Positions 22,717 to 37,700 of a stretch of 64,000 nucleotides of DNA are shown in pieces. The position numbers were made by a program, and so were the translations under genes. The stretch comes from Antedon mediterranea (lineage: Eukaryota > Animalia > Echinodermata), in contig NC_092677.1 in the NCBI RefSeq assembly GCF_964355755.1, forward strand, positions 20,172,101-20,236,100. Direction: 5' to 3'. Position 1 is the first letter of the stretch. Each line of letters starts with the position of its first letter. The notes below the pieces were generated by a model that was given only the letters and a program-made list of their open reading frames with translations, made no database searches and was not told where the DNA came from.

Positions 22717-25700
22717 TCTATCTCTCTCTCGCTGATCTATCTCTCTCTCTCGCTGATCTATATCTCTCTTGCTGATATATCTCTCTCGCTGATCTATCTC
22801 TCTCTCGCTGATCTATCTCTCTCTCTCTCTCTCGCTGATCTCTCTCTCTCTTGCTGATCTATCTCTCTCTCTCTGATCTATCTCTCTCTCGCTGATCTAT
22901 CTCTCTCTCTCTCGATGATCTATCTCTCTCTCGCTGATCTATCTATCTCTCTCTCGCTGATCTATCTATCACTCTCTCGCTGATCTATCTATCTCTCTCT
23001 CTCGCTGATCTATCTCTCTCTCACTGATCTATCTCTCTCTCGCTGATCTATCTATCTCTCTCTCGCTGATCTATCTCTCTCTCGCTGATCTTTCTTTCTC
23101 TCTCGCTGATCTATCTCTCTCTCTCGCTGATCTATCTCTCTCTCTCTCTCGCTGATCTATCTCTCTCTCTCGCTGATCTATCTCTATCTCTCTCGCTGAT
23201 CTATCTCTCTCTCTCTCGCTGATCTATCTATCTCTCTCTCTCTCGCTGATCTATCTCTCTCTCGCTGTTCCATCTAACTCTCTCTCACTGATCTATTTCT
23301 CTCTATCTCTCGCTGATCTATCTCTCTCTCGCTGATCTTTCTCTCTCTCTCGCTGATCTATCTCTCTCTATCTCGCTGATCTATCTCTCTCTCATGCTGA
23401 TCTATCTCTCTCTCGCTGATCTATCTCTATCTCTCTCGCTGATCTATCTCTCGCTCGCTGATCTATCTCTCTCTCTTGCTGATCTATCTCTCTCTCGCTG
23501 ATCTATCTCTCTCTCTGATCTATCTCTCTCTCTCTCTCGCTGATCTAGTTCTCTCTCTCGCTTATCTATCTCTCTCTCTCGCTGATCTATCTCTCTCTCT
23601 CTCTCGCTGATCTATCTCTCTCTTTCGCTGATCTATCTCTCTCTCTCTCTCGCTGATCTATCTCTCTCTCGCTGATCTATTTCTCTCTCTCTCTCGCTGA
23701 TCTATCTCTCTCTCGCTGATCTATCTCCCTCTCTCGCTGATTTATCTCTCTCTCGCTGATCTATCTCTCTCTCTTGCTGATCTATCTCTCTCTCGCTGAT
23801 CTATCTCTCTCTCTCGCTGATCTATCTCTCTCTCGCTGATCTATCTCTCTCTCTCGCTGATCTATCTCTCTCTCGCTTATCTATCTCTCTCTCTCGCTGA
23901 TCTATCTCTCTCTCGCTGATCTATCTCTCTCTCTCTCTCGCTGATCTATCTCTCTCTCTCGCTGATCTATCTCTCTCTCGCTGATCTATCTATCTCTCTC
24001 GCTGATCTATCTCTCTCTCGCTGATCTATCTATCTCTCTCTCGCTGATCTATCTATCTCTCTCTCGCTGATCTATCTATCTCTCTCTCGCTGATCTATCT
24101 ATCTCTCTCTCGCTGATCTATCTCTCTCTCGCTGATCTATCTATCTCTCTCTCGCTGATCTATCTATCTCTCTCTCGATGATTTATCTATTTCACTCTCG
24201 CTGATCTATCTCTCTCGCTGATCTATCTATCTCTCTCTCACTGATCTATCTCTCTCTCGCTGATCTATCTATCTCTCTCTCGCTGATCTATCTCTCTCTC
24301 ACTGATCTATCTATCTCTCTCTCTCGCTGATCTATCTCTCTCTCGCTGATCTATCTATCTCCCTCTCGCTGATCTATCTGTCTCTCGCTGATCTATCTAT
24401 CTCTCTCGCTGATCTATCTCTCTCTCGCTGATCTATCTATCTCTCTCTCGCTGATCTATCTATCTCTATCTCGCTGATCTATCTCTCTCTCGCTGATCTA
24501 TCTATCTCTCTCGCTGATCTATCTCTCTCTCGCTGATCTATCTATTTCTCTCGCTGATCTATCTCTCTCTCGCTGATCTATCTATCTCTCTCTCGCTGAT
24601 CTATCTCTCTCTCGCTAATATATCTATCTCTCTCTGTCGCTTATCTATCTATCTCTCTCTCGCTGATCTACCTCTCTCTCTCGCTGATCTATCTATATCT
24701 CTCGCTGATCTATCTATCTATCTCTCGCTGATCTATCTCTCTCTCTCTCGCTGATCTATCTATCTCTCTCTCTCTCTCTCGCTGATCTATCTCTCTCTCG
24801 CTGTTCCATCTAACTCTCTCTCACTGATCTATTTCTCTCTCTCTCTCGCTGATCTATCTCTCTCTCGCTGATCTATCTCTCTCTCGCTGATCTATCTCCC
24901 TCTCTCGCTGATTTATCTCTCTCTCGCTGATCTATCTCTCTCTCTCTCTGATCTATCTCTCTCTCTCGCTGATCTATCTCTCTCTCGCTGATCTATATCT
25001 CTCTCTGGCTGATCTATCTCTCTCTCGCTGATCTATCTCTCTCTCTCGCTGATCTATCTCTCTCTCGCTGATCTATTTCTCTCTCTCTCTCGCTGATCTA
25101 TCTCTCTCTCGCTGATCTACCTCTCTCGCTGATCTATCTATCTCTCTCGCTGATCTATCTCTCTCTCGCTGATCTATCTATCTCTCTCTCGCTGATCTAT
25201 CTATCTCTCTCTCGCTGATCTATCTATCTCTCTCTCGATGATCTATCTATCTCTCTCTCGCTGATCTATCTCTCTCTCGCTGATCTATCTATCTCTCTCT
25301 CGCTGATTTATCTATTTCACTCTCGCTGATCTATCTCTCTCGCTGATCTATATATCTCTCTCTCGCTGATCTATCTCTCTCTCGCTGATCTATATCTCTC
25401 TCTGGCTGATCTATCTCTCTCTCGCTGATCTATCTCTCTCTCTCGCTGATCTATCTCTCTCTCGCTGATCTATCTCTCTCTCGCTGATCTATCTCTCTCT
25501 CTCTCGCTGATCTATCTCTCTCTCGCTGATCTACCTCTCTCGCTGATCTATCTATCTCTCTCGCTGATCTATCTCTCTCTCGCTGATCTATCTATCTCTC
25601 TCTCGCTGATCTATCTATCTCTCTCTCGCTGATCTATCTATCTTTCTCTCGCTGATCTATCTCTCTCTCGCTGATCTATCTATCTCTCTCTCGCTGATTT

Positions 25701-28700
25701 ACCTATTTCACTCTCGCTGATCTATCTCTCTCGCTGATCTATATATCTCTCTCTCACTGATCTATCTCTTTCTCGCTGATCTATTTCTCTCTCGCTGATC
25801 TATCTCTCTCTCTCGCTGATCTATCTCTCTCTCTCGCTGATCTATCTCTCTCTCGCTGATCTATCTCTCTCCCGCTGTTCTATCTCTCTCTCACTGATCT
25901 TTCTCTCTCTCTCTCGCTGATCTATCTCTCTCTCGCTGATCTATCTCTCTCTCGCTAATCTATCTATCTCTCTCTGTCGCTTATCTATCTATCTCTCTCT
26001 CGCTGATCTACCTCTCTCTCTCGCTGATCTATCTATATCTCTCGCTGATCTATCTATCTATCTCTCGCTGATCTATCTCTCTCTCTCTCGCTGATCTATC
26101 TATCTCTCTCTCTCTCTCTCGCTGATCTATCTCTCTCTCTCGCTGTTCCATCTAACTCTCTCTCACTGATCTATTTCTCTCTCTCTCTTGCTGATCTATC
26201 TCTCTCTCGCTGATCTATCTCTCTCTCGCTGATCTATCTCCCTCTCTCGCTGATTTATCTCTCTCTCGCTGATCTATCTCTCTCTCTCTCTGATCTATCT
26301 CTTTCTCTCGCTGATCTATCTCTCTCTCGCTGATCTATATCTCTCTCTGGCTGATCTATCTCTCTCTCGCTGATCTATCTCTCTCTCTCGCTGATCTATC
26401 TCTCTCTCGCTGATCTATTTCTCTCTCTCTCTCGCTGATCTATCTCTCTCTCGCTGATCTACCTCTCTCGCTGATCTATCTATCTCTCTCGCTGATCTAT
26501 CTCTCTCTCGCTGATCTATCTATCTCTCTCTCGCTGATCTATCTATCTCTCTCTCGCTGATCTATCTATCTCTCTCTCGATGATCTATCTATCTCTCTCT
26601 CGCTGATCTATCTCTCTCTCGCTGATCTATCTATCTCTCTCTCGCTGATTTATCTATTTCACTCTCGCTGATCTATCTCTCTCGCTGATCTATATATCTC
26701 TCTCTCGCTGATCTATCTCTCTCTCGCTGATCTATATCTCTCTCTGGCTGATCTATCTCTCTCTCGCTGATCTATCTCTCTCTCTCGCTGATCTATCTCT
26801 CTCTCGCTGATCTATCTCTCTCTCGCTGATCTATCTCTCTCTCTCTCGCTGATCTATCTCTCTCTCGCTGATCTACCTCTCTCGCTGATCTATCTATCTC
26901 TCTCGCTGATCTATCTCTCTCTCGCTGATCTATCTATCTCTCTCTCGCTGATCTATCTATCTCTCTCTCGCTGATCTATCTATCTCTCTCTCGCTGATCT
27001 ATCTGTCTCTCGCTGATCTATCTATCTCTCTCTCGCTGATTTACCTATTTCACTCTCGCTGATCTATCTCTCTCGCTGATCTATATATCTCTCTCTCACT
27101 GATCTATCTCTTTCTCGCTGATCTATTTCTCTCTCGCTGATCTATCTCTCTCTCTCGCTGATCTATCTCTCTCTCTCGCTGATCTATCTCTCTCTCGCTG
27201 ATCTATCTCTCTCCCGCTGTTCTATCTCTCTCTCACTGATCTTTCTCTCTCTCTCTCGCTGATCTATCTCTCTCTCGCTGATCTATCTCTCTCTCGCTGA
27301 TCTATCTCTCTCTCGCTGATCTATCTATCTCTCTCTCGCTGATCTATCTCTCTCTCACTGATCTATCTATCTCTCTCTCTCGCTGATCTATCTCTCTCTC
27401 GCTGATCTATCTCTCTCGCTGATCTATCTCTCTCTCGCTGATCTATCTATCTCTCTCTCTCGCTGATCTATCTATCTCTCTCTCGCTGATCTATCTCTCT
27501 CTCGCTGATCTATCTATCTCTCTCGCTGATCTATTTCTCTCTCGCTGATCTATCTATCTCTCTCTCGCTGATCCATCTATCTCTCTCTCGCTGATCTATC
27601 TCTCTCTCGCTAATCTATCTATCTCTCTCTGTCGCTGATCTATCTATCTCTCTCTCGCTGATCTACCTCTCTCTCTCGCTGATCTATCTATATCTCTCGC
27701 TGATCTATCTATCTATCTCTCGCTGATCTATCTCTCTCTCTCGCTGATCTATCTATCTCTCTCTCTTTCTCGCTGATCTATCTCTCTCTCGCTGTTCCAT
27801 CTAACTCTCTCTCACTGATCTATTTCTCTCTCTCTCTCGCTGATCTATCTCTCTCTCGCTGATCTTTCTCTCTCTTTCGCTGATCTATCTCTCTCTCTCT
27901 CGCTGATCTATCTCTCTCTCTCGCTGATCTATCTCTCTCTCTCGCTGATCTATCTTTCTCTCTCGCTGATCTATCTCTCTCTCGCTGATCTATCTCTCTC
28001 CCGCTGTTCTATCTCTCTCTCCCTGATCTTTCTCTCTCTCTCTCTCTCGCTGATCTATCTCTCTCTCGCTGATCTATCTCTCTCTCGCTTATCTATCTCT
28101 CTCTCGCTAATCTATCTGTCGCTGATCTATCTCTCTCTGTCGCTGATCTATCTCTCTCTCTCTCTCTGATCTATCTCTCTCTCTCGCTGATCTATCTCTC
28201 TCTTTCGCTGATCTGTCTCTCTCTCGCTGATCTGTCTCTCTCTCTCTCGCTGAACTGTCTCTCTGTCGCTGATCTGTCTCTCTCTCGCTGATATGTGTCT
28301 CTCTCGCTGATCTGTTTCTCTCTCGCTGATCTGTCTCTCTCTCGCTGATCTGTCTCTTTCCTCGCTGATCTATCTCTCTCTCGCTGATCTATCTCTCTCT
28401 CTCGCTGATCTATCTATCTCTCTCGTTGATCTATCTATCTCTCTCTCGCTGATCTATCTATCTCTCTCTCTCGCTGATCTATCTCTCTCTCTCGCTGATC
28501 TATCTCTCTCTCTCGCTGATCTATCTCCATCTCGCTGATCTATCTCTCTCTCGCTGATCTATCTCTCTCGCTGATCTATCTCTCTCTCGCTGATCTATCT
28601 ATCTCTCTCTCTCGCTGATCTATCTATCTCTCTCTCGCTGATCTATCTCTCTCTCGCTGATCTATCTATCTCTCTCGCTGATCTATCTCTCTCTCGCTGA

Positions 28701-31700
28701 TCTATCTATCTCTCTCTCCCTGATCAATCTATCTCTTTCTCGCTGATCTATCTCTCTCTCGCTAATCTATCTATCTCTCTTTCGCTGATCTATCTATCTC
28801 TCTCTCGCTGATCTACCTCTCTCTCTCGCTGATCTATCTATATCTCTCGCTGATCTATCTATCTATCTCTCGCTGATCTATCTCTCTCTCTCGCTGATCT
28901 ATCTATCTCTCTCTCTTTCTCGCTGATCTATCTCTCTCTCGCTGTTCCATCTAACTCTCTCTCACTGATCTATTTCTCTCTCTCTCTCGCTGATCTATCT
29001 CTCTCTCGCTGATCTTTCTCTCTCTCTCGCTGATCTATCTCTCTCTCTCTCGCTGATCTATCTCTCTCTCTCGCTGATCTATCTCTCTTTCTCGCTGATC
29101 TATCTCTCTCTCTCGCTGATCTATCTCTCTCTCTCGCTGATCTATCTCTCTCTCGCTGATCTATCTCTCTCCCGCTGTTCTATCTCTCTCTCGCTGATCT
29201 TTCTCTCTCTCTCTCTCTCTCGCTGATCTATCTCTCTCTCGCTGATCTATCTCTCTCTCGCTGATCTATCTCTCTCTCGCTAATCTATCTGTCGCTGATC
29301 TATCTCTCTCTGTCGCTGATCTATCTCTCTCTCTCTCTCTGATCTATCTCTCTCTCTCGCTGATCTTTCTCTCTCTTTCGCTGATCTGTCTCTCTCTCGC
29401 TGATCTGTCTCTCTCTCTCTCTCTCGCTGAACTGTCTCTCTGTCGCTGATCTGTCTCTCTCTCGCTGATATGTGTCTCTCTCGCTGATCTGTTTCTCTCT
29501 CGCTGATCTGTCTCTCTCTCGCTGATCTGTCTCTCTCCTCGCTTATCTTTCTCTCTCTCGCTGATCTATCTCTCTCTCTCGCTGATCTATCTATCTCTCT
29601 CGTTGATCTATCTATCTCTCTCTCGCTGATCTATCTATCTCTCTCTCTCGCTGATCTATCTCTCTCTCTCGCTGATCTATCTCTCTCTCGCTGATCTATC
29701 TCTCTCTCGCTGATCTATCTCTCTCTCGCTGATCTATCTCTCTCTCGCTGATCTATCTCTCTCTCGCTGATCTATCTCTCTCTCGCTGATCTATCTCTCT
29801 CTCTCGCTGATCTATATCTCTCTCGCTGATATATCTCTCTCGCTGATCTATCTCTCTCTCGCTGATCTATCTCTCTCTCTCTCTCTCTCTCTCGCTGATC
29901 TCTCTCTCTCTTGCTGATCTATCTCTCTCTCGCTGATCTATCTCTCTCTCGCTGATCTATCTCTCTCTCTCGATGATCTATCTCTCTCTCGCTGATCTAT
30001 CTATCTCTCTCTCGCTGATCTATCACTCTCTCGCTGATCTATCTATCTCTCTCTTTCGCTGATCTATCTCTCTCTCACTGATCTATCTCTCTCTCGCTGA
30101 TCTATCTATCTCTCTCTCGCTGATCTATTTCTCTCTCGCTGATCTATCTCTCTCTCACTGATCTACCTCTCTCGCTGATCTATCTATCTCTCTCGCTGAT
30201 CTATCTCTCTCTCGCTGATCTATCTATCTCTCTCTCGCTGATCTATCTATCTCTCTCTCACTGATCTATCTCTCTCTCGCTGATCTATCTATCTCTCTCT
30301 CGCTGATTTATCTATTTCACTCTCGCTGATCTATCTCTCTCGCTGATCTATATATCTCTCTCTCACTGATCTATCTCTTTCTCGCTGATCTATTTCTCTC
30401 TCGCTGATCTATCTCTCTCTCTCGCTGATCTATCTCTCTCTCTCGCTGATCTATCTCTCTCTCGCTGATCTATCTCTCTCCCGCTGTTCTATCTCTCTCT
30501 CACTGATCTTTCTCTCTCTCTCTCTCGCTGATCTATCTCTCTCTCGCTGATCTATCTCTCTCTCGCTGATCTATCTATCTCTCTCTCGCTGATCTATCTC
30601 TCTCTCACTGATCTATCTATCTCTCTCTCTCGCTGATCTATCTCTCTCTCGCTGATCTATCTCTCTCTCGCCGATCTATCTATCTCTCTCGCTGATCTAT
30701 CTCTCTCTCGCTGATCTATCTATCTCTCTCTCTCGCTGATCTATCTATCTCTCTCTCTCGCTGATCTATCTCTCTCTCGCTGATCTATCTATCTCTCTCG
30801 CTGATCTATCTCTCTCTCGCTGATCTATCTATCTCTCTCTCGCTGATCCATCTATCTCTCTCTCGCTGATCTATCTCTCTCTCGCTAATCTATCTATCTC
30901 TCTCTGTCGCTGATCTATCTATCTCTCTCTCGCTGATCTACCTCTCTCTCTCGCTGATCTATCTATATCTCTCGCTGATCTATCTATCTATCTCTCGCTG
31001 ATCTATCTCTCTCTCTCTCGCTGATCTATCTATCTCTCTCTCTCTCTCGCTGATCTATCTCTCTCTCGCTGATCTATCTCTCTCTCGCTAATCTATCTGT
31101 CGCTGATCTATCTCTCTCTGTCGCTGATCTATCTCTCTCTCTCTCTCTGATCTATCTCTCTCTCTCGCTGATCTTTCTCTCTCTTTCGCTGATCTGTCTC
31201 TCTCTCGCTGATCTGTCTCTCTCTCTCTCTCTCGCTGAACTGTCTCTCTGTCGCTGATCTGTCTCTCTCTCGCTGATATGTGTCTCTCTCGCTGATCTGT
31301 TTCTCTCTCGCTGATCTGTCTCTCTCTCGCTGATCTGTCTCTCTCCTCGCTTATCTTTCTCTCTCTCGCTGATCTATCTCTCTCTCTCGCTGATCTATCT
31401 ATCTCTCTCGTTGATCTATCTATCTCTCTCTCGCTGATCTATCTATCTCTCTCTCTCGCTGATCTATCTCTCTCTCTCGCTGATCTATCTCTCTCTCGCT
31501 GATCTATCTCTCTCTCGCTGATCTATCTCTCTCTCGCTGATCTATCTCTCTCTCGCTGATCTATCTCTCTCTCGCTGATCTATCTCTCTCTCGCTGATCT
31601 ATCTCTCTCTCTCGCTGATCTATATCTCTCTCGCTGATATATCTCTCTCGCTGATCTATCTCTCTCTCGCTGATCTATCTCTCTCTCTCTCTCTCTCTCT

Positions 31701-34700
31701 CGCTGATCTCTCTCTCTCTTGCTGATCTATCTCTCTCTCGCTGATCTATCTCTCTCTCGCTGATCTATCTCTCTCTCTCGATGATCTATCTCTCTCTCGC
31801 TGATCTATCTATCTCTCTCTCGCTGATCTATCACTCTCTCGCTGATCTATCTATCTCTCTCTTTCGCTGATCTATCTCTCTCTCACTGATCTATCTCTCT
31901 CTCGCTGATCTATCTATCTCTCTCTCGCTGATCTATTTCTCTCTCGCTGATCTATCTCTCTCTCACTGATCTACCTCTCTCGCTGATCTATCTATCTCTC
32001 TCGCTGATCTATCTCTCTCTCGCTGATCTATCTATCTCTCTCTCGCTGATCTATCTATCTCTCTCTCACTGATCTATCTCTCTCTCGCTGATCTATCTAT
32101 CTCTCTCTCGCTGATTTATCTATTTCACTCTCGCTGATCTATCTCTCTCGCTGATCTATATATCTCTCTCTCACTGATCTATCTCTTTCTCGCTGATCTA
32201 TTTCTCTCTCGCTGATCTATCTCTCTCTCTCGCTGATCTATCTCTCTCTCTCGCTGATCTATCTCTCTCTCGCTGATCTATCTCTCTCCCGCTGTTCTAT
32301 CTCTCTCTCACTGATCTTTCTCTCTCTCTCTCTCGCTGATCTATCTCTCTCTCGCTGATCTATCTCTCTCTCGCTGATCTATCTATCTCTCTCTCGCTGA
32401 TCTATCTCTCTCTCACTGATCTATCTATCTCTCTCTCTCGCTGATCTATCTCTCTCTCGCTGATCTATCTCTCTCTCGCCGATCTATCTATCTCTCTCGC
32501 TGATCTATCTCTCTCTCGCTGATCTATCTATCTCTCTCTCTCGCTGATCTATCTATCTCTCTCTCTCGCTGATCTATCTCTCTCTCGCTGATCTATCTAT
32601 CTCTCTCGCTGATCTATCTCTCTCTCGCTGATCTATCTATCTCTCTCTCGCTGATCCATCTATCTCTCTCTCGCTGATCTATCTCTCTCTCGCTAATCTA
32701 TCTATCTCTCTCTGTCGCTGATCTATCTATCTCTCTCTCGCTGATCTACCTCTCTCTCTCGCTGATCTATCTATATCTCTCGCTGATCTATCTATCTATC
32801 TCTCGCTGATCTATCTCTCTCTCTCTCGCTGATCTATCTATCTCTCTCTCTTTCTCGCTGATCTATCTCTCTCTCGCTGTTCCATCTAACTCTCTCTCAC
32901 TGATCTATTTCTCTCTCTCTCTCTCGCTGATCTATCTCTCTCTCGCTGATCTTTCTCTCTCTCTCGCTGATCTATCTCTCTATCTCTCTCGCTGATCTAT
33001 CTCTCTCTCTCGCTGATCTATCTCTCTCTCTCGCTGATCTATCTCTCTCTCTCGCTGATCTATCTCTCTCTCGCTGATCTATCTCTCTCCCGCTGTTCTA
33101 TCTCTCTCTCGCTGATCTTTCTCTCTCTCTCTCTCTCGCTGATCTATCTCTCTCTCGCTGATCTATCTCTCTCTCGCTAATCTATCTGTTGCTGATCTAT
33201 CTCTCTCTGTCGCTGATCTATCTCTCTCTCTCTCTGAGATATCTCTCTCTCTCGCTGATCTATCTCTCTCTTTCGCTGATCTGTCTCTCTCTCGCTGATC
33301 TGTCTCTCTCTCTCGCTGAACTGTCTCTCTGTCGCTGATCTGTCTCTCTCTCGCTGATATGTGTCTCTCTCGCTGATCTGTTTCTCTCTCGCTGATCTGT
33401 CTCTCTCTCGCTGATCTGTCTCTCTCCTCGCTGTTCTATCTCTCTCTCGCTGATCTATCTCTCTCTCTCGCTGATCTATCTATCTCTCTCGTTGATCTAT
33501 CTATCTCTCTCTCGCTGATCTATCTATCTCTCTCTCTCTCGCTGATCTATCTCTCTCTCTCGCTGATCTATCTCTCTCTCTCGCTGATCTATCTCCATCT
33601 CGCTGATCTATCTCTCTCTCGCTGATCTATCTCTCTCTCGCTGATCTATCGCTCTCTCTCTCTGATCTATCTCTCTCTCGCTGATCTATCTCTCTCTCTC
33701 GCTGATCTATCTCTCTCTCGCTTATCTATCTCTCTCTCTCGCTGATCTATCTCTCTCTCTCTCTCGCTGATCTATCTCTCTCTCGCTGATCTATCTCTCC
33801 CTCTCTCTCTCTCTCGCTGATCTATCTCTCTCTCTCTCTCGCTGATCTATCTCTCTCTCGCTGATCTATCTATCTCTCTCGCTGATCTATCTCTCTCTCG
33901 CTGATCTATCTATCTCTCTCTCGCGGATCTATCTATCTCTCTCTCGCTGATCTATCTATATCTCTCTCGCTGATCTATCTATCTCTCTCTCGCTGATCTA
34001 TCTCTCTCTCGCTGATCTATCTATCTCTCTCTCGCTGATCTATCTATCTCTCTCTCGCTGATCTATCTATCTCTCTCTCGATGATTTATCTATTTCACTC
34101 TCGCTGATCTATCTCTCTCGCTGATCTATCTATCTCTCTCTCCTCGATCTATCTCTCTCTCGCTGATCTATCTATCTCTCTCTCGCTGATCTATCTCTCT
34201 CTCACTGATCTATCTATCTCTCTCTCTCGCTGATCTATCTCTCTCTCGCTGATCTATCTATCTCCCTCTCGCTGATCTATCTGTCTCTCGCTGATCTATC
34301 TATCTCTCTCGCTGATCTATCTCTCTCTCGCTGATCTATCTATCTCTCTCTCGCTGATCTATCTATCTCTCTCTCGCTGATCTATCTCTCTCTCGCTGAT
34401 CTATCTATCTCTCTCACTGATCTATCTCTCTCTCGCTGATCTATCTATCTCTCTCGCTAATCTATCTCTCTCTCGCTGATCTATCTATCTCTCTCTCGCT
34501 GATCCATCTATCTCTCTCTCGCTGATCTATCTCTCTCTCGCTAATCTATCTATCTCTCTCTGTCGCTTATCTATCTATCTCTCTCTCGCTGATCTACCTC
34601 TCTCTCTCGCTGATCTATCTATATCTCTCGCTGATCTATCTATCTATCTCTCGCTGATCTATCTCTCTCTCTCTCGCTGATCTATCTATCTCTCTCTCTC

Positions 34701-37700
34701 TCTCGCTGATCTATCTCTCTCTCGCTGTTCCATCTAACTCTCTCTCACTGATCTATTTCTCTCTCTCTCTCGCTGATCTATCTCTCTCTCGCTGATCTAT
34801 CTCTCTCTCGCTGATCTATCTCCCTCTCTCGCTGATTTATCTCTCTCTCGCTGATCTATCTCTCTCTCTCTGATCTATCTCTCTCTCTCGCTGATCTATC
34901 TCTCTCTCGCTGATCTATATCTCTCTCTGGCTGATCTATCTCTCTCTCGCTGATCTATCTCTCTCTCTCGCTGATCTATCTCTCTCTCGCTGATCTATCT
35001 CTCTCTCGCTGATCTATCTCTCTCTCTCTCGCTGATCTATCTCTCTCTCGCTGATCTACCTCTCTCGCTGATCTATCTATCTCTCTCGCTGATCTATCTC
35101 TCTCTCGCTGATCTATCTATCTCTCTCTCGCTGATCTATCTATCTCTCTCTCGCTGATCTATCTATCTCTCTCTCGATGATCTATCTATCTCTCTCTCGC
35201 TGATCTATCTCTCTCTCGCTGATCTATCTATCTCTCTCTCGCTGATTTATCTATTTCACTCTCGCTGATCTATCTCTCTCGCTGATCTATATATCTCTCT
35301 CTCGCTGATCTATCTCTCTCTCGCTGATCTATATCTCTCTCTGGCTGATCTATCTCTCTCTCGCTGATCTATCTCTCTCTCGCTGATCTATCTCTCTCTC
35401 GCTGATCTATCTCTCTCTCGCTGATCTATCTCTCTCTCTCTCGCTGATCTATCTCTCTCTCGCTGATCTACCTCTCTCGCTGATCTATCTATCTCTCTCG
35501 CTGATCTATCTCTCTCTCGCTGATCTATCTATCTCTCTCTCGCTGATCTATCTATCTCTCTCTCACTGATCTATCTCTCTCTCTCTCGCTGATCTATCTC
35601 TCTCTCGCTGATCTATCTATCTCTCTCTCGCTGATTTATCTATTTCACTCTCGCTGATCTATCTCTCTCGCTGATCTATATATCTCTCTCTCACTGATCT
35701 ATCTCTTTCTCGCTGATCTATTTCTCTCTCGCTGATCTATCTCTCTCTCTCGCTGATCTATCTCTCTCTCTCGCTGATCTATCTCTCTCTGGCTGATCTA
35801 TCTCTCTCCCGCTGTTCTATCTCTCTCTCACTGATCTTTCTCTCTCTCTCTCGCTGATCTATCTCTCTCTCGCTGATCTATCTCTCTCTCGCTGATCTAT
35901 CTATCTCTCTCTCGCTGATCTATCTCTCTCTCACTGATCTATCTATCTCTCTCTCTCGCTGATCTATCTCTCTCTCGCTGATCTATCTCTCTCTCGCCGA
36001 TCTATCTATCTCTTTCGCTGATCTATCTCTCTCTCGCTGATCTATCTATCTCTCTCTCTCGCTGATCTATCTATCTCTCTCTCGCTGATCTATCTCTCTC
36101 TCGCTGATCTATCTATCTCTCTCGCTTATCTATCTCTCTCTCGCTGATCTATCTATCTCTCTCTCGCTGATCCATCTATCTCTCTCTCGCTGATCTATCT
36201 CTCTCTCGCTAATCTATCTATCTCTCTCTGTCGCTGATCTATCTATCTCTCTCTCGCTGATCTACCTCTCTCTCTCGCTGATCTATCTATATCTCTCGCT
36301 GATCTATCTATCTATCTCTCGCTGATCTATCTCTCTCTCTCTCGCTGATCTATCTATCTCTCTCTCTTTCTCGCTGATCTATCTCTCTCTCGCTGTTCCA
36401 TCTAACTCTCTCTCACTGATCTATTTCTCTCTCTCTCGCTGATCTATCTCTCTCTCGCTGATCTTTCTCTCTCTCTCGCTGATCTATTTCTCTCTCTCTC
36501 GCTGATCTATCTCTCTCTCTCGCTGATCTATCTCTCTCTCTCGCTGATCTATCTCTCTCTCTCGCTGATCTATCTCTCTCTCGCTGATCTATCTCTCTCC
36601 CGCTGTTCTATCTCTCTCTCACTGATCTTTCTCTCTCTCTCTCGCTGATCTATCTCTCTCTCGCTGATCTATCTATCTCTCTCTCGCTGATCTATCTCTC
36701 TCTCACTGATCTATCTATCTCTCTCTCTCGCTTATCTATCTCTCTCTCGCTGATCTATCTCTCTCTCGCCGATCTATCTATCTCTCTCGCTGATCTATCT
36801 CTCTCTCGCTGATCTATCTTTCTCTCTCTCTCGCTGATCTATCTATCTCTCTCTCGCTGATCTATCTCTCTCTCGCTGATCTATCTATCTCTCTCGCTGA
36901 TCTATCTCTCTCTCGCTGATCTATCTATCTCTCTCTCGCTGATCTATCTCTCTCTCGCTGATCTACCTCTCTCGCTGATCTATCTATCTCTATCGCTGAT
37001 CTATCTCTCTCTCGCTAATCTATCTATCTCTCTCTCGCTGATCTATCTCTCTCTCTCTCTCTCGCTGATCTATCTCTCTCTCGCTGATCGTTCTCTCTCT
37101 CGCTGATCTATCTCTCTCTCTCTCGCTGATCTATCTCTCTCTCTCGCTGATCTATCTCTCTCTCGCTGATCTATCTATCTCTCTCGCTGATCTATCTCTC
37201 TCTCGCTGAACTATCTATCTCTCTCTCGCTGATCTATCTATCTCTCTCTCGCTGATCTATCTATCTCTCTCTCTCTCTCTCTCTCGATGATTTATCTATT
37301 TCACTCTTGCTGATCTATCTCTCTCGCTGATCTATCTATCTCTCTCTCACTGATCTATCTCTCTCTCGCTGATCTATCTATTTCTCTCTCGATGATTTAT
37401 CTATTTCACTCTCGCTGATCTATCTCTCTCGCTGATCTATCTATCTCTCTCTCACTGATCTATCTCTCTCTCGCTGATCTATCTATTTCTCTCTCGCTGA
37501 TCTATCTTTCTCTCACTGATCTATCTATCTCTCTCTCTCGCTGATCTATCTCTCTCTCGCTGATCTATCTATCTCCCTCTCGCTGATCTATCTCTCTCTC
37601 GCTGATCTATCTATCTCTCTCGCTGATCTATCTCTCTCTCTCGCTGATCTATCTATCTCTCTCTCGCTGATCTATATATCTCTCTCTCGCTGATCTATCT